DNA from: the human T2T-CHM13v2.0 reference genome, Homo sapiens
Length of the DNA stretch: 64,000 bases
Direction: 5' to 3' (one strand)
Assembly: GCF_009914755.1 (NCBI RefSeq)
Contig: NC_060937.1
In this document: piece by piece, positions 55,910 through 64,000 of the stretch
Position numbering within the stretch: position 1 is the stretch's first letter
Layout of the letters: each line of letters opens with the position of its first letter
Program-made: the position numbers and the translations under genes
The notes under the pieces: model-generated
Database searches by the model: none
Told to the model about the DNA's origin: nothing
What the model saw: only the letters and a program-made list of their open reading frames with translations

Positions 55910-57627
55910 CTGTAAATCATAAAAAAATCTGTCTCTGGTCCAAAAACTTTGTGGGTGCATTTAGGACAGAATCAATAAAGATGAATATTAAAAACCTAAC
56001 AGTTGGTTGTGATGATTAAATATTCTGATACATGACAATGTTATCATAGTGGTACACATTAAGTGCTCAATTATGGTTTTCTACTCTTACAACTGGCTTC
56101 TTTTAAGCTCCTGTGAGTGAAAAGCCATCTTCCAGGTGCTATGTCACAGTACAACTGATAGAAAATTAAAAACAATGACAGGATTACTAAAAGTTGTCCA
56201 CATTCTTTATATCATTTCAGAATGCATTCATGAGGACTCTTAGAAAAATGGCTATGAGTCTACCATTGATCTAGAGAGTCATTTTTATCCACTTATTTTC
56301 ACAAACCTGGGCGCTTCTCTGTGGGACTGTGACATGGGTCATTTAATTGCCAGTTTCAATGTTTACAGGTATAGAGATATCGAACGCAAGTTAACTTAAT
56401 TTCAGAACTTCATGTTAACCATTGTTTATATCAATAACATATGCCAGCAAGAATAGTACCAACGTTTTCTTAAGATGTAGCTCAAATCATTAAAGTACAA
56501 AGGGAAAATATGGGACAGTCATGCACAGCTGTTGTTTAAACACAGAAAGAAATCACATTAGCAATCAGAACATTTTAACATCTAAAAATGGTTCCACGAT
56601 AAATTTAAACACTTCTTTAAATACCCCATGCCTTTGAAAGTGATAAAAGATAACTTAAACAAATGAACAATTAAAAGAACTTTGGGTCTGAATATAGATA
56701 ATTACAGCTACACCAAAAAAAAATCCTCAATTTTTATTTGTAAATAAAATATTCAGTACAGTTCTAACTTAGGCATATGAAGTAAAATAAAACTCAGTCT
56801 TCAATTCTACAACTGGGCTTCTAAATGCAATCTTAGTCCTATGGGGAATACCATTTTTTCCCCTCGAGGATTGAATCTTGGCTGGTAGCAGGGCCAAACC
56901 CAATGCTAGGACAATGCAGAGGTAGAAGTGGGAGGGTTTCTTGTCCTTGATGTCACAGGGCCCAGCTGGCATCTACTGAGACAGCCATTGGCTTCTTTTA
57001 GGATTTGGCCATTTATCATTCGGAGTGGACTTATGATCTCTTGAGGATCTGTGACTCCTTATGCCTCTGAGGAGAGAGTGTTATTTCATAATTTCATGCC
57101 ACACTGCAACCAGGAAATTCTGTCCATCTTTCTGACTCTTACTTTATTGGACTCTACTTTAAGCTATGAAAACTATTTTGTTGCTCTTGTACACTGCTGG
57201 GTTAAGGTAGAATATTTCAGGTCTGCTTTTGGTCCATCTTTCTGAATATAAGCCCATGCCATTCCTCTGTAAACTGTTCACCTCCCCAGGACTCCAACCA
57301 AGGCGTTACACACATAAACACCCTCCGTTCTCAGATCTCACAAACCTTTTTGTCCATTCCAGCTCTCCTTACTCCCCACCTCCACTTCAGGGCGCTGTTT
57401 TTCAGGACTCCACCAGTTCTACACAATTCCCATTGGTCGCTGATTCTCTCCCTTCCATCAGCCCAGAGAATCATTAAATGGGTTGGGGGTGGGGTGGTGA
57501 AAAAATGTGCACATATTATCTCAAACCTATGAAAAGACTCCCTTTTCTTCTTTTCTCCTATTTTGAACTTTTCTCCAGAAAAGGAATGTAGTATTTTAGC
57601 TGACTAAATGGTGAAAAGGCCATTCTG

Positions 57628-57746
57628 TCCTTTCTGCTCCTTGGCCCTTCTACTTCTTTCTACTTCAGACCTTTCTACTTTCAGTCGTTTCTACTTCAGG
57701 CCTTTCTACTCCTTGGCCTGAAGTAGAAAGAAACAGGAGTGGAAAG
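57628..57746. repeat. Cluster of short direct and inverted repeats with a perfect 15-bp stem
   Basis: TTTCTACTTCAGGCC (57688-57702) and GGCCTGAAGTAGAAA (57715-57729); TTCTACT recurs five times. Confidence 0.9.
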
Positions 57747-58014
57747 AAATACCGAGAATTGTGACATTAGAGAGATTTGGCATGACCCCCCAGACTTCAG
57801 CATGTTACCTAATGCAATCCTAGCCCTCAGAATGTCACACAGAGAGATGACTAGTATTTCTTGAGTTTGGTTTGTTAAACAAGGAAAATAGGACCCCATA
57901 TTTTAAAGAGAGTTAAATAAATATTTAATGTATTATGTAAAATGTATTTCAAAATAACTATCTCAATACTCAATTAAAATAGTAATACTAATCACTAATA
58001 ATCATTAATTATTA

Positions 58015-58170
58015 TAATGTATCAATATTGGTTTATTAGTTGTGGCAAATGCATCAGACTAATGAAAGATGTCAATAACAGGTGAAACTGGGTGTGCAAT
58101 ATATGGAAACTCATGGTACTATCTTTGCAGCTTTCCTGCAAATCTAAAATTATTCCAAAATTTTTTTAAA
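58015..58170 (+). mobile_element. L1MC-type 3' terminus
   Basis: AAGATGTCAATAACAGGTGAAACTGGGTG...GTACTATCTTTGCA..TTTCCTGCAAATCTAAAATTATTCCAAAA. Confidence 0.75.
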
Positions 58171-58421
58171 ATCCTTGTTTTTTTGACTTTTATTTTCAAG
58201 GAAAAAGTGAATTTGCATAAACTGAGAATCATTATTCAAAGTTTACATATTGTGTACCAGACAGAACCCAAATGAACACTTTTCCATAATTGAATCAATG
58301 ATAAGAAATAAGTCCACCACCAGAGAGGAGTTACGCTTTCATGCAGATTTCAGTTTGGATTTCAAGTCAAAATTAAGGTTGTTGACATGGTCAAAAGGGG
58401 TCCCTCTGAAGAGTTTGTAGG

Positions 58422-58767
58422 TGTGTTAGTCCATTTTCACACTGCTGATAAAGACATACCCCAGACAGGGAAATTTACAAAAGAAAGAGGTTTAATGGAC
58501 TTACAGGTTCACAGGGCTGGGGAAGCCTCACAATCACGGTGGAAGGCAAGGAGGACCAAGTCACGTCTTAAATGGATGGTAGCAGGCAAAGAGAGAAAAG
58601 ACCTTGTGCAGAGCAACTCCTCTTTTTAAAACCGTCAGATCTCATGAGACTTATTCACTATCACGAGGACAGCACAGGAAAGACCTGCCCCCATGATTCA
58701 ATTACCCTCCCACAACACATAGGAATTCAAGATGAGATTTGTGTGGGGACACAGCCAAACCATATCA
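58422..58767 (-). mobile_element. THE1B/C-like MaLR solo LTR
   Basis: TTAGTCCATTTTCACACTGCTGATAAAGACATACCC...GGGGACACAGCCAAACCATATCA; perfect TSD GTAGG. Confidence 0.95.
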
Positions 58768-59839
58768 GTAGGCATCTTTTTCTATTTCATTTCTCTCATA
58801 TAAAAGGAAAAAATTCCATTGTCCCATTTTGTTTATATTAGTCTATATGATCCTTTTTCTTTTTCCCATGCATTATAATATATGGGCTTTTAAATACGAG
58901 CAGTAGTTGAGAGAAATAGTCCTCAGGTGAACCCTGAGCCTCCCAAATGATGTGTCAAGTATCAGATGCCTGCTGCCAACCCTGGACTCAGGGGACTCCT
59001 CCCTTGAAGTCTCTTCTGGTTTTTCTGTGATACCTTCCCAGAAAGCATTCATTTATTTCTCCTGTCAGCTAGAATCACTAGAGTTTTAAATCTGTGAATT
59101 AAACATGACTGATTTTTCTTTTCAGAAAAGATAAAAACTATGCTAAATAATTCTGCCATGCTTCATCTCTGGGACTTTAACAGGATCAAGTTCTGGGGAG
59201 GGAAATGAATTATACATTTGGTAAAATGCCATTTGTTTTGGAGTCTCTAATTTACTTCATTTGATTGTGGAGTTTTCTTCCTCCCCTAATTAAATAAATG
59301 AATAGAAAACAACACATTTTTAAATGTATTTTTCAGAGTTTTGTCCTTTAGGAGAAACTGAAAATAAAATAAAATAGTTGCCCACAACCTCTAGTTTTAC
59401 TAATGAAAATGAATCAATTTTCTGGTTTCTGGTAGCTTTTTTCTGTTCTGAAAATTGTTGTTTGATTATCCATTAATTTTTGATGAATAAAATAATTAAG
59501 AAATTTCACTTCGTTTTAACCAGAAATGTTAAAATCTACCTTACTCCAGTGGTGAATTGATATGGCAAACAGAAAGCTTTACATTGCAATTTTCTATTAG
59601 TAGTTTCACAGCATTTGTGTTTTCCAGACAGTTATTTTCAGTGAAACTTTTGTAACAGCAGGATCTTGACTTGTTTAGAAATAGTTGGTTCGGCCAACAT
59701 TGACTGATACTAATTAAAGAAAGAAAAGAAGGAATAAAGGTGGGGAGAAGAGAAGGAGTATGAATAAATAAAAAGAAACAAGCTGTACACTTTAAGAAAC
59801 AGTGGCTGGAGATTTGGTAGTTCTTCTGCTACATATTCA

Positions 59840-60858
59840 AGAATTTTAAAAGAATTTATGGAGACCTGCATTTCAGGTCAGAATACAGTAACTGTTTTCA
59901 ACACATCGGACAGCAGGTGAAAAGGACATTAACTCTGACAGACAAGAAACAAACTGAAGAAATCCTATGAGTCCTTTATATTTGTGTTTTGCGAAAGCTT
60001 CCAGGCAGTGGTGTAGGAAGCGGAAGCCCAGCAAACACACTGAGTTGAGGAGAGAGAACTGAGAGACCAAGGAGACACAGTGTCCAGGTGTTACAGAAAA
60101 CAATGCAGAGGAAGAAAGAGCCAGAGGGGGAGAATTCCAGAGAGCTACAGAGGATTCGGTTGAGTATTCATCTATTCAGCAAATGCATATGGGAAAAGGA
60201 CTTGTGGCCAGAGAAATAAGCCACTAGGAAGAGAATTAGGAGGGGTAATAGAGCCCTGCACTTCCACAGAGCCGTCAATAGTGCCTGTTCACGCCAGCCA
60301 GAATGGAAATCCCATGGTTCATGGGACACTGCATTGAGTTTGCAGAAGGGTCTTGCCTCACTAATAGAAAAAAGTTGGCTTTAGACTCAGCACTGTCCTG
60401 CTCCTGCCTAACAGGTATTAAAACCAATATCTGAAAGGATCAAACTGTTTATAAGCAACTTATGTCCCAGAACACAGGTCAATAATAAGAGTTTAAAATC
60501 CTCCAGCACTGAATAAGGTAAAACTCACAACTTCTGGGATCCAGTAAAAAATCAGCAAACGTAAAGAAACAGAAAAATATGGCTCATAAAGGAGGGAAAA
60601 TCTCTCAATCTTGACAGATGTGAAAATTAACAGACATTAAAACAGTTATTGTAACTGAATTCTATGTGTTACAAAAGTGCAGACAGAAAAGATATGAAAA
60701 AAGCCAAAGCAATATTTCTACAAACTGCAATGTCTAAGATACAAAATGCATCGCATTATACCAAGGACAGATTAGACACTGTAAACAAAACGATTAGAGA
60801 ACTTAATAGCTAGTGACAGAAATTAACTAAAATGAAACACAGAGAGAAAAGACAACAA
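59840..60858 (+). mobile_element. Old L1M 5'/ORF1 fragment
   Basis: AAAGGATCAAACTGTTT, AAGGTAAAACTCACAA, AAAACAGTTATTGTAACT, CAGATTAGACACTG, AAAATGAAACACAGAGAGAAAA. Confidence 0.7.
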
Positions 60859-60859
60859 T

Positions 60860-61515
60860 TTTTCCCATTTTAATCCTTTTTAAGTATACGGTGGGGTGGC
60901 ATTATTTACACATCGTTGTGCAACTATGACCTCTGTTTATCTCCATAACTTTTTCAGCATCCCAAACTAAAACTCTGTATCTGTTAAACAGGAATACTTC
61001 ATTCTTCTTATCTCCCTACCCCCTGTTAACCCCTATTCTACTTTCTATCTGTGAATTTGACTATTATGGGCATCTCAGATAAGTGTAATCATACAATACT
61101 TATCCTTTTGTGTCTGGCTTATTTTACTTGGCATAGTTTCTTCAAGGTTCACACATACTGTAACTTGCATCAGAATGTCATTCATTTTTTAAGATTGAAT
61201 ATCATTCCAGTGTTTGTACATAGCACGTTTGGGTTATCTATTCATCTGTTCGTGGAAACCTGGGTTGTTTCTACCTTTTGGTTGTGCACAATGCTGCTAT
61301 GAACATGAGTGTACAAATATTTGTTTGAGTCCCTGCTTTCAGTTTTTTGGGGGTATATGCCCCACAGTGAAATTGCTGGATTATGTGGTAATTCTACGTT
61401 TAAATTTTTTAGGAGCTGCCAAATTGTTTTCTATAGAGGCTACACCATTTTACATTCCCATCATATATGCACAAGAATTTCAATTTCTCCACACCCTCAT
61501 CAACACTTGGTGTTG
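60860..61515 (-). mobile_element. L1MB-type 3' end
   Basis: CATCCCAAACTAAAACTCTGTA, TTCTACTTTCTATCTGTGAATTTGACTA, GTTTGAGTCCCTGCTTTCA. Confidence 0.85.
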
Positions 61516-61657
61516 CTCATCTATTTGGTGTCTTTTCAATGAATGGTGCTAGAACAATTCAATATCCACATAAACAATAATTTCAATCAATACTTCAGAC
61601 CAGGAACAAAATTAACTAAAATTCATCGTAGATCAAAACATAAAAAAGCTATAATAC

Positions 61658-61980
61658 TGTGGCTGGCATAATATTTCCCTCACAAGCCAAGAAATGCTTC
61701 TAGAAGCTGGGAATGACCCTCAACTGTCAGCCAGAAAGGACTTGGGGATCTCAGTCACATAATCGCAAGGAATTGAGTTCTGCCCACAATTCAATAAACA
61801 AGGAAACAGATTCTCCCCTACATTCTACAAAAAGAAACACAGTCCTGCTGACTCCTTGATTTAGCTCAGTGAAATCCATGTTGGACTTCTAACTTAGAGA
61901 ACTGTAAGATAATAGATAGGTGTTACTTAAACTACCAAGTTTGTGTTCATGTGTTATGGCAACAGCAGAAAACTAATCCA
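61658..61980 (+). mobile_element. MLT1D/E-like LTR, internally deleted, within L1M ORF2 fragments (61515-62190)
   Basis: CTAGAAGCTGGGAATGACCC, GCAAGGAATTGAGTTCTGCC, GGAAACAGATTCTCCCCTA, AGAACTGTAAGATAATA. Confidence 0.82.
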
Positions 61981-62876
61981 TCATATGAGTCAGCAGTCTT
62001 ACTCCTGTATATTTATTTATCCAAGAAAGATGAAACATGATTTTCACAAATAGCCTATACATGCATGTCTATAGTGGTTTCATTCATAATTGCCAACAAC
62101 TGGAAACAAATGTCCTTGAGCTGGTGAATGGGTAACAACTGGGTCATAGCCAAACAATAGAATACCATTCAGCAATGGAAAGCAGCAAAGAAACAGAGGG
62201 TATGATTGTAAGATACTTTAGTTCATTTAAAAAAGAGAAAGCTAATTAGTTTTTTTCCTTTTAATAACTGGTGACACAATACAGTTAATGATAAACAGAT
62301 GAAATATTCTGGTGAGATATGAAATCTCTGCTACCTAGGAAGATTACATAAAAGGTAATTAATAACCTTTATTACTCATTGTTAAGAACTCTGAGCTCAG
62401 CTTACAGTTTTAACACGGCAAAACAAAAAAACTAAATTCTGGTTTTGCATTAGTAACATATTTGGTAACAAAGTTGCACAAACATTTTACTTTTTATGAA
62501 TAACTGAGTCAACTTTGGCAACATTTAACTCATGTCATTTCTTCTTTTCAGTTTCATTATTTAAAGTTATTATAAATGAAAGCAAATAAACATTTCCTGT
62601 CTGTGTACCTTCTGCAACTTCTTTATCCATTCGGTCTTTGTCACCACCCTGCTTTATTCTGGGAACACCAAACCTTATGACAAAAGTACACTTTTCTCTT
62701 TTGAAGAACAAAACCCGTCTTAATAGATTGCATACACAACTATATGTCTCTGTCACTACAGCTTCTAATATAGTCTCAACCATCAATAATAATTATAACT
62801 TTTACCCAAAATAAGTCACTTATAGTTTACAATGTAAAATTGGTACTTGCATAATTGAGCACTTTCTGTAATATAC

Positions 62877-63430
62877 TGTTACCAACAAAGCTGGTCCCCA
62901 AAAAGTTGGGGGACACCTGTTTGGTGTCACAAAGCCAATACACAAAACCAGAAGTGAGTGTCAAGAAGTGTTGGCTTTATTTGATGGCCATGGAAATGAG
63001 AAGGGAGCCATGGCTCACAAATCAGCATCTCGACTAGTGAGAGGTAAGGGGGTTAGAATGTAGGGTTTCTCTAATGAAGGAGTTGGATGTTAAAGGCAAG
63101 AGAAAGCATATTCATGTCTTTTCTGGAAATGGGTGGTGAACTTCTCAGAACTAGAGTGCTGCCTTCCTTTTTGCCCTTTTATGGCTTCTTCCCGTCATTG
63201 TCATGGCGATTGTCAACTGTGATGACACCGCTGGGGGTGCTACTAAGCATGGAAATGAGATTATCATGAATTCTGAGGTCTTCTTGAAGTTGTTTGGTCA
63301 GCTCTCTTGATTCTAGTGTGTCTCAGCTAGTTTGGTTACAAAGGGAACTTTTTATCACAGGTGTCCTGTTTCTTAAAGATAGGCAGGGTAGAAATTCAAC
63401 TATGTCACATAGGCATGACATCGGGCAACA
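62877..63430 (-). mobile_element. ERV solo LTR, family uncertain
   Basis: TGTTAC...CAACA termini; reversed polyA-like GCTTTATTTG; GTCATGGCGATTGTCAACTGTGATGACACCGCTGG resembles a MER4-group motif; no clean TSD. Confidence 0.6.
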
Positions 63431-64000
63431 AGGCTATCATTTTACAGACTAGCAAAACTTCTGACACTGATTATGCAACCCTCTACACCTACGGATATCA
63501 GGTTTACACCATGTTTAGTAATATGACCCAAAGATAAAGTCACTTTTTAGTGGGCATAAGAAAAAATGTGCTTGAGCTTAAACAGCCCATGAGAAGCACT
63601 TCCTAAGAAATGCGGTTTGCTTAGTTCCATCAGATGAGTCCCATGGGCTTCTTCGTTGAAATTCTAAAACTATTAATGTGTAATTTTAAAATATGCTTTA
63701 AAAAAGACATTTATAAAAATAAGATGATCCAATAGAATATCATGTGAGTGAGAAAAAAAGATAAATATATGTCAAAAATTTATTAAACTCATTAATTAAG
63801 GGCACTAGTAAGATATTATGACCAGTTCAAAAAGTAGTTGAGAAACTAGGTATAAATAGGCAATGATAGGATAAAATTATTGGGTCAGATACAGAACTGA
63901 TTAATGCCCCCAAAAGGCCATATATATAACCTTCAAGGTTATCTCCAGAGAGAAATCGTTTTTATCTCTACCAGAGAAAACTCTACAAGATGAGATGTAA

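Overview
AT-rich primate genomic DNA, probably human or ape, as shown by the AluY, AluS, AluJ, L1PA, THE1/MST and MER11 elements. It is not prokaryotic, and the short ORFs in the track are mostly repeat-derived or chance. Most of the window is interspersed repeat, including a deep nest at about 20.6-32.4 kb (ERVL internal region, L1MA-type LINE, full-length THE1 provirus, Alus). I recognise no intact protein-coding gene, RNA gene or CRISPR array. The most notable non-repeat signal is a pair of near-identical 33-nt exon-like units (2428-2460, 4188-4220). The most notable structural signal is a ~2.8-kb block (47854-50652): L1 5'UTR, L1 ORF2 fragment, MER5 and an MLT1 LTR cut at its polyA site, all bracketed by a 14/15 target-site duplication, which looks like one chimeric retrocopy or 3' transduction. 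Several small templated-insertion scars are also visible. Repeat subfamily names come from recalled consensus motifs, not a database search. Boundaries of old repeats are approximate. I found no evidence for a wholly new biological system.
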